Source: Nitrosopumilus sp. (GTDB lineage: Archaea > Thermoproteota > Nitrososphaeria > Nitrososphaerales > Nitrosopumilaceae). From it: a stretch of 64,000 nucleotides of DNA. A model generated the notes under the pieces. It had not been told where the DNA came from and made no database searches. It saw only the letters and a list, made by a program, of their open reading frames with translations. The stretch covers positions 1,152,001-1,216,000 of the forward strand of contig OZ250186.1 in assembly GCA_965238275.1 (NCBI GenBank), in the 5' to 3' direction. This document shows positions 1 through 10,392 of this stretch, in pieces (the first letter of the stretch is position 1; the number at the start of each line of letters is the position of its first letter). The translations under genes and the position numbers were made by a program.

Positions 1-274
1 TGCTGACGATGAACGCAGTGCCGCAATGCGCGAATCCCGCAGGCTGTTCTATGTTGCAATCACCCGATGTAAGGAGATTCTAATGCTTTCTTACTTTGCC
101 GCCCTCAGTCCATCCGAATACTCCAATATGCGCATTCCGCGCAGTGGGCAGGATCAAGGCAAGCAACTGTACTATACCAGACCAAGCCCGTTCATAGGCG
201 AACTGGGTTCGGGTGTTTCTTCTGCAACGGACGGGATCGCGTGGCAGGCCGCCAAATATGTTGAACAGTCTTGA
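1..274 (+). CDS. UvrD/REP superfamily I helicase, C-terminal end (5' part outside window)
   Basis: Open frame from position 2; ESRRLFYVAITRCKEILMLSY matches SF1 helicase motif VI (EERRLxYVAxTRA). Confidence 0.75.
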   Translation, partial: ADDERSAAMRESRRLFYVAITRCKEILMLSYFAALSPSEYSNMRIPRSGQDQGKQLYYTRPSPFIGELGSGVSSATDGIAWQAAKYVEQS

Positions 275-285
275 TGTTCTAATCA

Positions 286-690
286 GAACCCATGCTCAAT
301 CCACCCATTTTACCGGCTTCCATAAAAAACTGGGAAAATATGGTTTAAATCTCACCATGTCGGGCATGTGGCGAATCTGTCCGCCTAGGAACCCAAAAAT
401 GGCATGCGCAGTCCTGCAGCACTTCATCATGCCCTGAAAATCCTACTTGGCAGGCTTCTGGGAGCAGGTCCTGTCCCAGTCTATCTGCATCTTCCACTGG
501 TCAGGTGGCGGCGGGCCCTTTTGCATGCAGTCCCACAAGGTCCAGGTTCACCAGCCCGGTGATCACGTTGAACTCCCGGTTGAACTGCGCCGCGGTTCCG
601 TCGTACGGGTCGGCAAGACGCGCGTAGCGCTTGAGACTACACATGGCGTGTTCTGCTAGCACCCGGGCGGAGTTGATCCCGCCGTTGTGC
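286..690 (-). pseudogene. Degraded right-end remnant of the IS5/ISL2-like element intact at 47388-48928
   Basis: Reverse complement matches the transposase 3' end (aagcgctacgcgcgtcttgccgacccgtacgacgg...) and the right-end sequence (aaaatgggtggatt) of that element, with indels. Confidence 0.8.
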
Positions 691-810
691 CTAGGTCAGA
701 TTCCTCAGACCGGCATGGCAAAATCAGTGCCTGCGCATCGCAAGTCTGACCGGATTTCAATCCAAAGATTATATGTGGTTTTTACAAGTTGGTAAGGCGG
801 CCAACCTAAA

Positions 811-1569
811 TTGAGAATCAAGACTATTAGAAACATTTCTGATGACTATCAGATTTCGTTATCCACAGATTGTACAAAGAACATTAATTTTATAGTGGGT
901 AGACCGGCAACCGGCAAAACCACCTTGTTTAATAAAATCCGGTCATGTCTTTCAGGCTCGGAAAAAAACGGCGGCATTGAGTTAGAATTAACTGAAAAAG
1001 GAGATCACGAGACCGATTATATTTTTGTAGACAGTCATGCACGTATTGACGAACTTTTAAAACATTTGAATGGGCTGGGGCTTGCAGACAATATTTTGGT
1101 GGATATAATTAAACGAACCGAACGGATGCTGCTAAAAATTCACGGTGTGTTTGACTATAGAAAATGTTTGTTAAAACTGGAAAAAGGCAAAGCCGTCATG
1201 CCAACCCCCCTCGCGCATGCCCCAAGTCGTATTCTCTATTTTGCGGTGCTTATTGCACTCAGGGAGCAGAGGGGAGTTGAACTGCCGTTGATAGCTGATT
1301 GTCCCCTCCGTAGCCAATACCTTATGTTTAGCAAGCGTCTTGTTCAAATGATTGCAGACAATACTGCTCAGGCCTTGTTTTTTGAATTGCCTTATGGCGT
1401 CACCGGCACTACCAGGGACAATTGGTGGGATGACGATGCCCCGGATGTTTCGTTATGTGACGATATGAAAAACAACGGCACGCTAGGCTCATTATATGTG
1501 TTGAATGGGGATCAAAGTAAGGGGCCGCGTTCACGCCTGAATCAGTTTTCTGCAACCCGGATGATCTGA
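811..1569 (+). CDS. Small P-loop ATPase (SbcC/Rad50/DndD-like head, no long coiled coil)
   Basis: Walker A GRPATGKT after beta-strand INFIV; LPLIADCP resembles the Walker B region (PLIxDSP) of SMC-like ABC ATPases. Confidence 0.6.
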   Translation: MRIKTIRNISDDYQISLSTDCTKNINFIVGRPATGKTTLFNKIRSCLSGSEKNGGIELELTEKGDHETDYIFVDSHARIDELLKHLNGLGLADNILVDIIKRTERMLLKIHGVFDYRKCLLKLEKGKAVMPTPLAHAPSRILYFAVLIALREQRGVELPLIADCPLRSQYLMFSKRLVQMIADNTAQALFFELPYGVTGTTRDNWWDDDAPDVSLCDDMKNNGTLGSLYVLNGDQSKGPRSRLNQFSATRMI

Positions 1570-1629
1570 ATCGTGACCGGTTCGGGGCTTGCCGGCATGT
1601 CGGATCAAGACGCGACCGGACCAGACATT

Positions 1630-1676
1630 GGCTCTGATCTGTTTGCCTGATCTGATCGCTGGGGCGGGCCAGAACC
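1630..1676. repeat. Degenerate copy of the 47-bp palindromic site
   Basis: ggctctg-N12-gatc t gatc-N12-cagaacc; same spacing as copies at 27975, 41322 and 50060, but inner arms diverged. Confidence 0.45.
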
Positions 1677-1696
1677 CGAGCGCCACAATCGCCCGT

Positions 1697-1891
1697 CTAG
1701 ATCTTTTGCCTTCCCCATTCGTGGCCGCAGGAATTGCATTCCCAACGACGCGGGTCGGGGGGAATGCAGCACCCACCCAAGACTACCTTGCCAGAATCCA
1801 CGTCCTTCTCCCAATCCCAACTGGGACTGGGATACCCATAGACTATCTTCGCCACCTTGGCACTCCCGCACTCTGGACATTTCCTGGTCAA
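1697..1891 (-). CDS. Small zinc-ribbon protein
   Basis: CPECG ... IVYGYP ... LGGCC ... CNSCG. Confidence 0.8.
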   Translation of the reverse strand: MTRKCPECGSAKVAKIVYGYPSPSWDWEKDVDSGKVVLGGCCIPPDPRRWECNSCGHEWGRQKI

Positions 1892-2025
1892 CCATGTATG
1901 TCCCGCGTGCTTGGCAATAAGTCATCCTGATTGGGGATGGCTCATGGTTGGAAAGCCCACCGTGTGGTTCTCGGGTGCGCCGCCGGGCTTGCCAACCCCT
2001 TATACGATGAGCAGCACTACATCAC

Positions 2026-2145
2026 ATGGCAGACTGTACACACGCAAACATGGAATGGTGCAGATCATCAGTGGGACCTCTGGGCACGATAACCATCTAC
2101 GAGTGCCGTGGTTGCGGCAAGGAAATCAAGAAACTTGAAGACTGA
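2026..2145 (+). CDS. 39-aa Cys/His microprotein (MADCTH...YECRGCGKE), below ORF-track cut-off
   Basis: Translated by hand; CxH and CxxCG motifs; CCCCTTATACG box with first T 26 nt upstream of ATG. Confidence 0.55.
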   Translation: MADCTHANMEWCRSSVGPLGTITIYECRGCGKEIKKLED

Positions 2146-2201
2146 TCCGTCTTCCGGCGCCAACGCAAAACTCATTTACCATTCAGGCGCGTCATGCCAT
2201 T

Positions 2202-2384
2202 GTGGACTGTGAAGAACTGTTGCGCACTGCCACCTACATGTATGGCGTGGCAAAAAAAGAGACGGCCGCCGGCAGGCTGGAGAATGCCAAATTGGCCAAG
2301 AATGTCGGCCTGAGATTCGAGTGCATGTTTTACGGGTTCTATACCATGGAGTACGCGCACGGAATAAAGACGTGTGAGGACTAG
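2202..2384 (+). CDS. Hypothetical 60-aa protein
   Basis: ORF converging on 2381-2563; no recognisable motif. Confidence 0.3.
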   Translation: MDCEELLRTATYMYGVAKKETAAGRLENAKLAKNVGLRFECMFYGFYTMEYAHGIKTCED

Positions 2385-2563
2385 CTGCGGCCAAGCTTGC
2401 GGCGCATTTTGATTATCTCGGTCTCCGTGGATTTGGCCTGCAGTTCCGCCATGTCCGCCGCTTTTTCCATCCCGGGGATCTTGCGCAATCTGGCAACCTC
2501 TTCGTTGAGCCGGGCAAATTGCCGTTCCAGTTCTGCCAAGTCCCGCCTGTCTTCTTCGGACAT
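2381..2563 (-). CDS. Small coiled-coil protein (MSEEDRRDLAELERQF...)
   Basis: Amphipathic helical sequence; CCTTTTACG at -27 relative to ATG 2563. Confidence 0.6.
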   Translation of the reverse strand: MSEEDRRDLAELERQFARLNEEVARLRKIPGMEKAADMAELQAKSTETEIIKMRRKLGRS

Positions 2564-2613
2564 TGGATGCAGTGTATGTTCAGCGTAAAAGGGGCCCAAC
2601 CCGGCCGTCTGGA

Positions 2614-2698
2614 TGGGAAGGGCGGGATTTGAACCCACGAACTCCTGGGAGAGGGGATCTTAAGTCCCCCGCGTTTGGCCAGGCTGCGCTACCTTCCC
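2614..2698 (-). tRNA. tRNA-Leu (UAA anticodon), 85 nt, no intron, CCA not encoded
   Basis: GGGAAGG/CCTTCCC-A acceptor; D arm GCG..TGG..CGC; anticodon stem GGGGA-CTTAAGA-TCCCC; long variable arm CTCC/GGAG; T loop TTCAAAT; TATA-like CTTATAT ~26 nt upstream. Confidence 0.93.
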
Positions 2699-2737
2699 AT
2701 ACGGTGACTGTTTGCCAGATATAAGAGGAATCCTGGA

Positions 2738-3082
2738 TTATTGGAATGATCTTAGTTCCGGCCCCATGCACCTGCGAACCCACGTCGTGCCATACTGGGT
2801 AATCTGGTACTGCCTGACCGATACCGTGCCGTTATCGACCATCCCTGACTCTACCAATCCGTATCTTCCGAGTATTGACAGCCTCATTAGGGCTTCGGGT
2901 CTAGTCGCACCTACGGATTCTGTCGGAACCGCGTCTGCCGAAATCGGGCACTGTTTGGCTTCCATGTATGCCAGTATCCTGCGCGTTGCCTTGTCGGCTA
3001 GGATGCCGCAAAAATACAGGACCGCGTTCCTTTGTTTTTGCGACATTCGTTCAAGCAAGGCCGGCGCGTTAATCGTTGACAT
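2738..3082 (-). CDS. Putative winged-helix DNA-binding protein
   Basis: ArsR/MarR-like pattern (RRILAY..L..L...GLVE...YQITQYG); CTTTTAAG at -27. Confidence 0.55.
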   Translation of the reverse strand: MSTINAPALLERMSQKQRNAVLYFCGILADKATRRILAYMEAKQCPISADAVPTESVGATRPEALMRLSILGRYGLVESGMVDNGTVSVRQYQITQYGTTWVRRCMGPELRSFQ

Positions 3083-3371
3083 TGCCTAGATGCATTGGCC
3101 TGCTTAAAAGCCCCTGGAACAATGCCAGTCCTGGTTCATGGCACTGGCTGCTGCCTGTCCGGCCTGCACTTCCCGCACGGCATGGAATCAGGGTATGCCA
3201 GCCTCGCCTTCTCGTAGGCGTCGTAATGCCAATACTGTTGTTTTTTGAGTGGCCGCTTGCCCGCGCCGAGCCTTGCAGAGATGACATACGCGCACCAGCA
3301 CGCCGGACGGTGGATCCTCGTTTTCTTTTCTGTTGGTCCGTAGCGCCTGTTCACCACTATGACGCCGTCTT

Positions 3372-5566
3372 GTAAGAGGTCGCCTTTGCGAAGCGATTTC
3401 GTGCCTGATCTGCCCCGATTAATTACCAACTGAGCTACGTTTTCGGCCATAAATGCCCATTTAATTGGCATTATTCAGGGTTTTTTCCGGGCGGGGATGA
3501 GGCTCGGCTGAGCTGCATTTTGGCCGATCCGGTGATCGGACTTGCGAAGTGGGCCTTTTTTGGTGCTGTCGGGCGTGGTGCGTTGTGCCCGAATCGGGTG
3601 GCGGGCCGGCACGGCGGCCTGACATGTGTCAGGCAACCGGTGCTGTGGGGGTCGCGCAGGACATGCAGGGCAGCCATGGATGGATTTTGCAGGATTTATA
3701 CCGTTGCTGCCGCTGCTGCTGCTGCTGCCGGTATTTTTTCGACCATGCCTCGCATGTAGTCGACCAAAAAGTCGTGCGGGTTGACGCCGCGCATCCTACA
3801 CGTCTCGCGGATGCTGGCCAGGACGGCGTGGTTGTATGCGCCGGCAAGGCTCTTGCTGCCGCCTGAGACCTTCCGGGATGCGACGCTGGGCCGCAGGGGG
3901 CGCTCGGCATCGTTGTTATGGCACTTTGTGCTGAGGCGGATGAATGGGAACAGGTGGGTGATCTCGCGCCGCAGCCGCTTGACAAACCGCTTGCAGTGGG
4001 GTTCGGTGTAGCTGCCAGACATCAGGCGCCTCACCCGGGCCAGGAGGTTGCGCACCTTGAGGTTTCGCGCGGCCGCATCGTCGTTCGGGTTGAGTCCCTT
4101 CTCTGCGTGCCAGGAATCGATGATTATCCCCTTTAGGGCCTTGGCAAACTTTTTGAATTCTGGCCCCGGGTTTTTCATGGTCAGGGTGCGGATGATCTCG
4201 CGGAGGTAGTGGTAGTGGCACTTTTGGTGGGTCCTGCCGATGCGGTTCCACGCGGAGTGTGAATCAGAGGTGACGTGGCCTGCGTACCCTCCAAGCAGGG
4301 TCTCCAGCACGTCTCCTCCCCGGCGCTTGTCCACGTAAAAGACAGTCGAGCTGTCACCGACTAGTATCCACAGCCAGTACAGCACACCGGCTACCCTCCA
4401 GCTGGTCTCGTCCCCGAAGACATGCTCTGAGAAGAATATCTCCTCGAGCATCTCCTCGTAGAGCGGGTGGAGGGATCCTGTCACGGCATCCACGTGGCCG
4501 ATGACAGTCGACTTTGCAAGGTCCGTGTGGTAGATTATGTTGATCAGCTTGCGGATGGGTTCGTAGGGAATGTTGTACATCCTCATCGTCGTCTCAAGGC
4601 ACGTCAGGCTGGCGCCGAACCGTCCACCGGGGACGACCCCTGGGATCTCGGGGGCAAACTGCCTGCCGCATTCCCTGCAGTACCTGCGGACGACGGTATA
4701 CTGGATGCCGGTCAGCTTCCCGTCGATAATCTCCTCGACTACCCGGATGGTCACCTCGGTGGGCTCCTTCGAGAGGGCATGGCCGTGCGGGCAGGCGGGC
4801 ATGTCGACTAGCTTTTTTTCGGATATCGGGGGAGGATCACGGCCGGTGCGCAGGCAGACGACCTTCCTGAACGGGTCTGGTGCAGGCCCGGGTGATTCCC
4901 GGAGCCGCTTCTGGGAGCGGCGGCTTTTGATGCCCAGATTCTCGGCTGCCAGCGCCGAGTTGGCCGCGCGCGCCTCCCTTAACTGAGAGGCATGCTCTGA
5001 TGCCTGCCGTTCCAGGCGGGCTATCCTGTCCATGACTGCCTGCGAGACGTCGCATCCCTGCAGGAGGGCGGCATTCTCTGCCCTCAGTTTCTCTATCTCG
5101 GAGTCCTTTTGCACATTCTCTTCTTCCAGCAGTTTGATCCTGGCATCCATCTCCGTCAGCATCGCGTGTTCCCCTGAGAAGGCCTCTGCCTCCTCCTTCA
5201 GCTGCTCGATGTCTTTTCTCAGTGCCATGCTCTCCTCGTCCTTGGATTTGAGCATGTCCAAGACAGATTCGAAGAGGGACTTGGTGTCGGTTACGGAGTT
5301 CCAGTCAATCTTTTCCAAGTCGATTACAGGCACCACGCCATAACACGGGAAGGCATGATCCATAAAGCTTTTGGGCACGCAGCGCCTGCCGGAAAATGCG
5401 GCGCAAAAGATCCAACCGGAAGAGCCTTGATCCGAAAACCGCCCTGCCTGAGGACCGTGTTGATAACGTGCAATTAATCGGGTATTTATGGTCAAAAACG
5501 TAGCTCAGTTGGTAATTAATCGGAACAGATCAGGCACGGAATCGCTTCGCAAAGGCGACCTCTTAC
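3372..5566 (-). mobile_element. IS66-family (single-ORF type) element, family A copy 1
   Basis: GTAAGAGG...CCTCTTAC ends with ~74-bp TIRs; 8-bp TSD GCCGTCTT (3364-3371 / 5567-5574). Confidence 0.95.
3696..5378 (-). CDS. IS66-family DDE transposase (TnpC-like)
   Basis: Coiled coil, zinc finger (CPHG..CRECG), GDETSW, SDSH, QKCHYH, HNNDAERPLR. Confidence 0.92.
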   Translation of the reverse strand: MPKSFMDHAFPCYGVVPVIDLEKIDWNSVTDTKSLFESVLDMLKSKDEESMALRKDIEQLKEEAEAFSGEHAMLTEMDARIKLLEEENVQKDSEIEKLRAENAALLQGCDVSQAVMDRIARLERQASEHASQLREARAANSALAAENLGIKSRRSQKRLRESPGPAPDPFRKVVCLRTGRDPPPISEKKLVDMPACPHGHALSKEPTEVTIRVVEEIIDGKLTGIQYTVVRRYCRECGRQFAPEIPGVVPGGRFGASLTCLETTMRMYNIPYEPIRKLINIIYHTDLAKSTVIGHVDAVTGSLHPLYEEMLEEIFFSEHVFGDETSWRVAGVLYWLWILVGDSSTVFYVDKRRGGDVLETLLGGYAGHVTSDSHSAWNRIGRTHQKCHYHYLREIIRTLTMKNPGPEFKKFAKALKGIIIDSWHAEKGLNPNDDAAARNLKVRNLLARVRRLMSGSYTEPHCKRFVKRLRREITHLFPFIRLSTKCHNNDAERPLRPSVASRKVSGGSKSLAGAYNHAVLASIRETCRMRGVNPHDFLVDYMRGMVEKIPAAAAAAAATV

Positions 5567-6334
5567 GCCGTCTTGTTGTTCCAGTGTTTTCTTGAAGGCA
5601 CTAGGCGTGGAGAGTCGCTTCCTCATGGGGTTGTTTCCGGTCAAATTGCTATAATATGGTTGACAAGGCGTGCCTATACGCACTAACGGCATTTTGGCAA
5701 CTCGGGATCATGTCGTGTCCCAATGATGAGCAAGCAAGTTCACAGATAACACCTATACGTGAGCAGACGGAGAAAATTATTCATGGAATTGAACTTTGAA
5801 GGAAAGTCTAGGATATATGCCCACCACGAGACCGTCCCGATCAGCCCACTAGTTCCCGACAAATCAAAGTCATTGAATCCAGTAGATGATGACAACCTGA
5901 TAATACACGGGGACAGCCTACACGCGCTAAAGGCACTGTTACCGCGTTATGCTGGACGCGTCAACTGCATTTACATAGATCCGCCGTACAACACCGGCAA
6001 CGGGGGCTGGACGTACAACGACAACGTTGACAGCCAGCTGATGCGGAGGTGGTTGGAAGATGCTAAGGAAGTTGATGGAGAGGATCTTGAACAACACGAT
6101 AAATGGGCGTGCATGATGTGGCCGCGGCTTCAATTACTAAAAAATCTGTAAGAGGTCGCCTTTACGAAGCGATTCCGTGCCTGATTTGCCCCGATTAATT
6201 ACCAACTGAGCTACGTTTTCGACCATAAATACCCGATTAATTACACGTTATCAGCGTGGTCCGCAGGCAGGACAGTTTTCAAATCAAGGCTCACCTGCCG
6301 GATCTTTTGTGCCGCATTTCTCGGCAGACGCTAC

Positions 6335-8224
6335 GTGTCCAAAAGCTTTATGGATCATGCCTTCCAGTGTTGTGGCATGGTGCCTGTAATCGACTTGGAA
6401 AAGATTGACTGGAACTCCGTAACCGACACAAAGTCCATCTTCGAATCAGTCCTTGCCATGCTCAAATCCCGGGACGAGGAGAGCGTGGCGTTGAGGAAAA
6501 ACATCGAGCAGTTGAGGGAGGAGGCAGAGGCCTTCTCAGGGGAACGCGCGATGCTGACGGAGATGGATACCAGGATCAAACTGTTGGAAGAAGAGAACGT
6601 GCAAAAGGACTCCGAGATAGAACAAAAGGACTCCGAGATAGAACAAAAGGACTCCGAGATAGAACAAAAGGACTCCGAGATAGAACAAAAGGACTCCGAG
6701 ATAGAACAAAAGGACTCCGAGATAGAACAAAAGGACTCCGAGATAGAACAAAAGGACTCCGAGATAGAACAAAAGGACTCCGAGATAGAGAATCTGGGAA
6801 CAGATGTGGAGAATTTGAGTGCAGAAGTAGAGAAGCTGAGGGCAGAAAACGCCGCCCTCCTGCAGGGATGCGACGTCTCGCAGGCAGTCATGGACAGGAT
6901 AGCCCGCCTGGAACGGCAGGCAGCCGAGCATGCCTCGCAGCTAAGGGAGGCGCGCGCGGCCAACTCGGCGCTGGCAGCCGAGAACCTGGACATCAAGTGC
7001 CGCCGCTCCAAGAGGCGGCTCCGGGAGTCGCCCGGGCCTGCGCCGGACCCGTTCAGGAAGGTCGTCTGCCTGCGCACCGGCCGGAACCCTCCCCCGATAT
7101 CTGAAAAGAGGTTAGTCGACCTGCACTCCTGCCCGCACGGCCACGCCCTCTCGACGGGGCCCACCGAGGTGACCTTCCGGGTAGTCGAGGAGATCATCGA
7201 CGGGAAACTGACTGCCATCCAATATACAGTCGTCCGCAGGTACTGCAGGGAATGCGGCAGGCAGTTTGTCCCCGAGATCCCAGGGGTCGTCCCAGGGGGG
7301 CGGTTCGGTGCCAGCCTGACGTGCCTGGAGACTACCATGAGGATGTACGGCATCCCCTACGGCATCATCTGCAGTCTGATCAACATAATCCACCACGCAG
7401 GCCTTGCCAAGTCGACAGTCATCAGCCACGTGGACGCCGTTACGGGATCCCTCCACCCGCTCTACGAGGAGATGCTCGGGGAGATATTCTTCTCAGAGCA
7501 TGTCTTTGGCGACGAGACGAGCTGGAAGATAGCCGGGATACTGTACTGGCTGTGGGTGCTGGTAGGTGACGACTCGACTGTCTTTCACGTGGACAAGAGC
7601 CGGGGAGGCGACGTCTTGGTGTCGCTGCTTGGAGGGTACGGCGGCCACGTCACCTCCGACTCCCACGCCCCGTGGAACCGCATCGGCAAGACCCACCAAA
7701 AGTGCCACTACCACTACCTCCGCGAGATCCTCCGCACCCTGACCATGAAATCCCCCGGACCCGAATTCAAAAAGTTTGCCAAGGCCCTGAAGGGGATAAT
7801 CATCGATTCATGGTACCCGGACAAGGGGCTTGACCCGGACGACGACAAGGCCGCGCGAAACCTCAAGGTGCGCAACCTCCAGGCCCGGGTGAGGCGCCTG
7901 ATCTCGGGCAGCTACACAGACGCCCACTGCAAGAGGTTTGTCAAGAGGCTGCGGCGCGAGATCACCCACCTGTTCCCATTCATCCGCCTCAACACAAAGT
8001 GCCATAACAACGATGCCGAGCGTCCCCTGCGGCCCAGCGTCGCATCCCGGAAGGTCTCGGGCGGCAGCAAGAGCCTTGCCGGCGCATACAACCACGCCGT
8101 CCTGGCCACCGTCCGCGAGACGTGCAGGAGGCGCGGAGTCAACCCGCACGACTTTTTGGTCGACTATATGCACGGCCTCGTCGAAAAAATTCCGGCAGGA
8201 GCGGCGGCGGCGGCAACCGCATAA
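6335..8224 (+). CDS. IS66-family transposase with 9 QKDSEIE heptads
   Basis: Same motifs as copy 1. Confidence 0.92.
   Translation: MSKSFMDHAFQCCGMVPVIDLEKIDWNSVTDTKSIFESVLAMLKSRDEESVALRKNIEQLREEAEAFSGERAMLTEMDTRIKLLEEENVQKDSEIEQKDSEIEQKDSEIEQKDSEIEQKDSEIEQKDSEIEQKDSEIEQKDSEIEQKDSEIENLGTDVENLSAEVEKLRAENAALLQGCDVSQAVMDRIARLERQAAEHASQLREARAANSALAAENLDIKCRRSKRRLRESPGPAPDPFRKVVCLRTGRNPPPISEKRLVDLHSCPHGHALSTGPTEVTFRVVEEIIDGKLTAIQYTVVRRYCRECGRQFVPEIPGVVPGGRFGASLTCLETTMRMYGIPYGIICSLINIIHHAGLAKSTVISHVDAVTGSLHPLYEEMLGEIFFSEHVFGDETSWKIAGILYWLWVLVGDDSTVFHVDKSRGGDVLVSLLGGYGGHVTSDSHAPWNRIGKTHQKCHYHYLREILRTLTMKSPGPEFKKFAKALKGIIIDSWYPDKGLDPDDDKAARNLKVRNLQARVRRLISGSYTDAHCKRFVKRLRREITHLFPFIRLNTKCHNNDAERPLRPSVASRKVSGGSKSLAGAYNHAVLATVRETCRRRGVNPHDFLVDYMHGLVEKIPAGAAAAATA
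6602..6790 (+). repeat. 21-bp coding tandem repeat x9 (CAAAAGGACTCCGAGATAGAA)
   Basis: Directly visible; 5 units in copies 3 and 4, 1 unit in copy 1. Confidence 0.97.
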
Positions 8225-8626
8225 ATCCTGCAAAATCCACTCCCTGACTGCCCCATGCAGACCCGTCGCGCCGGCAGCCTGGCATAACCTCGCCTGATCC
8301 CGGCACAACTCACCGCCCCGGCCGCTTCAAAAAAGGTCACTTCGCAAACCCGATCACCGGATCGGCCAAAACGTAGCTCAGCCGGACCCTCCTTCCCGCC
8401 CGGAAAAACCCAGAATAATGCCAATTAAATGGGCATTTACTGCCGAAAACGTAGCTCGGTTGGTAATTAATCGGGGCAAATCAGGCACGGAATCGCTTCG
8501 CAAAGGCGACCTCTTACAAAAATCTGTTGAGTGATAGCGGCGTCATATTTATCTCCATTGATGATAATGAGCAACATCACTTACGTATGATGATGGATGA
8601 AATCTTTGGCAAAAATAACTTTGTAG

Positions 8627-10392
8627 GTAATTGTTTCGCTTTTTGAAGTACCCGGACGACTCGGCGGGCAGCTAGGGCACCTGAACTGAATCCAATAATT
8701 TTGTGCCAATGACGACAAAAATTGATCATTGCGATCCAAATACCAGTGGGTGCCAGTTCCTTCGAAGTACCAAATGAAGGAACCAGCACGCCAATCGTGG
8801 TTGGAAGCAGTGGAATTTAAGGCCATGGAATCCTCATCTGTCCTGCCGCAAATCCCACAGGATGCCGGGGCGTGCATGAAATCAGGATGCAGGTGCTGCC
8901 GGTTCTGGACAAGGGTGCTTGGTGACACGATCGGCTTGACAGGCAAGATCTTGGAGGCTGCTGCCGCCGAAGTTGCAGGCAGGCCAGGCGCCAACTGCAA
9001 GGAGATCGAGGGACTACAGGCACTCGTCTCATCCCTCACAGAGGACAACAAGAGGTACGCCAAGGCCAACAGGGAGCTTAACGCCAAGGCCAACAGGATC
9101 AACATCCCCACCGTGACCAAGAAAAAGGCAGGCCCAAGGAAGGCCGGCAGGCCCAAGGGGCAAAAACCCACCATCAACTGCAGGCCAAAACGCGTCGACC
9201 GCGTCGAGGAGATCGACTGCAAGGAATGTCCCGACTGTGGCAACGACAATCTTTCGGACGTGACTGACAGGTACGATCGCATCGTGACTGTCATGCGCGT
9301 CATACTGGAAAACGTCAGGTACGTCATCAAGCGGCGCTGGTGCCGCGGGTGCAAAAAACAGGTATCCGGGAGGGTTCCCGGCGCGGCAAAACACGCGCGC
9401 CGTTCATCAAACTTTGATGCGGCCATGACGTCCCTGAACATGAACGGTTTGTCGCATGCCAGGGCCGCAGAATTTGGCAGCGACGCGTGGGGGCACAAAA
9501 TCTCGCGCCCGTCTGCATACCGCGGCAAGATCAGGCAGGCAGAGCGCATGGCACCGGAGCGTGATTCTGTAAGAAAGCGCGTGTTAGAGGCGCCACACCT
9601 GAACGCAGACGAATTCCACTGGCCGTTGGGCGGCAAACGCGGCTACGGGATAGTGGCCCTGGCAAAAGACGCCTGCCTCGTGGAGGTGACCGGCTCTCGG
9701 GACATCAAGACGCTTTGCCACACACTCCCGGACTACAAGGGAACCATAACGCAGGACTCGTATGCAGGATGGCTCCACGTGGGATCGTGCCGCCAGATGT
9801 GCGTGTGGCACCAGGAACGCCTGGTGCAAAAGGACGTCCTGACCAACCCCAAAGGTGACGTTCCAAAGTTTCTGGACAGGCTATCGGCAATCCACGATAA
9901 GATTTATCGCGCATCCAGGATCAAAGACGGGCACACGAGGATCGTCGCGGCCCACTGCATAGACGCGGAGCTGCGCGGGCTGATGAACGAACCGTTTGCA
10001 GACGATGGGCACGGCACCATCGCCAGACACAAGAAGAGGAACCCCCGGGAGGGATACTTTATGACCACCTGCCTGCACGTGGACGGCATCGAGCCTGACA
10101 ACAACGCAGTGGAGAGGGTCAACCGGAGGTTCGTGGCCATAAGGAGCGACGGGGGCGGAAACCGCTCCCAGAAGGGCATGGATGCCAACTCGATCCTGTT
10201 CACGCTGCTGGCAACTGACAGGATCAACGCGAACAGTTTCTTTGATCATCTGGTCCGCTCGTCCTCTGGAGACAGTTGAGGCATCATCCAACGGCACGCG
10301 CGGTGCATCACGGGAAAAAAGATTTCACGGTAAGGGAAAGGCTGCACCCGCTCCACTGTTAGGCAGGCCACTTCAAAAAGCGAAACAATTAC
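8627..10392 (+). mobile_element. IS66-family element, family B
   Basis: Perfect 23-bp TIR GTAATTGTTTCGCTTTTTGAAGT; 8-bp TSD CTTTGTAG (8619-8626 / 10393-10400). Confidence 0.95.
8729..10279 (+). CDS. IS66-family transposase (start uncertain)
   Basis: GRPKG, CPDCG..CRGC, NADE, QDSY, QMCVWH, PDNNAVERVNR. Confidence 0.88.
   Translation: MRSKYQWVPVPSKYQMKEPARQSWLEAVEFKAMESSSVLPQIPQDAGACMKSGCRCCRFWTRVLGDTIGLTGKILEAAAAEVAGRPGANCKEIEGLQALVSSLTEDNKRYAKANRELNAKANRINIPTVTKKKAGPRKAGRPKGQKPTINCRPKRVDRVEEIDCKECPDCGNDNLSDVTDRYDRIVTVMRVILENVRYVIKRRWCRGCKKQVSGRVPGAAKHARRSSNFDAAMTSLNMNGLSHARAAEFGSDAWGHKISRPSAYRGKIRQAERMAPERDSVRKRVLEAPHLNADEFHWPLGGKRGYGIVALAKDACLVEVTGSRDIKTLCHTLPDYKGTITQDSYAGWLHVGSCRQMCVWHQERLVQKDVLTNPKGDVPKFLDRLSAIHDKIYRASRIKDGHTRIVAAHCIDAELRGLMNEPFADDGHGTIARHKKRNPREGYFMTTCLHVDGIEPDNNAVERVNRRFVAIRSDGGGNRSQKGMDANSILFTLLATDRINANSFFDHLVRSSSGDS

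Larger units (their letters stand above)
3136..5626 (-). pseudogene. Hypothetical ~95-aa protein (RIH-x3-C...CxxC) interrupted by IS66-like element
   Basis: Removing 3372-5566 and one TSD restores MRKRLSTPSAFKKTLEQQDGVIVVNRRYGP...CGKCRP; resembles 16470-16904. Confidence 0.7.
6148..8517 (+). mobile_element. IS66-family element, family A copy 2
   Basis: Same long TIRs; 8-bp TSD AAAAATCT (6140-6147 / 8518-8525). Confidence 0.95.

Noticed and set aside
6602-6790. 21-bp repeat array as a CRISPR
   Set aside because: No spacers; the units are contiguous and in frame within a transposase.
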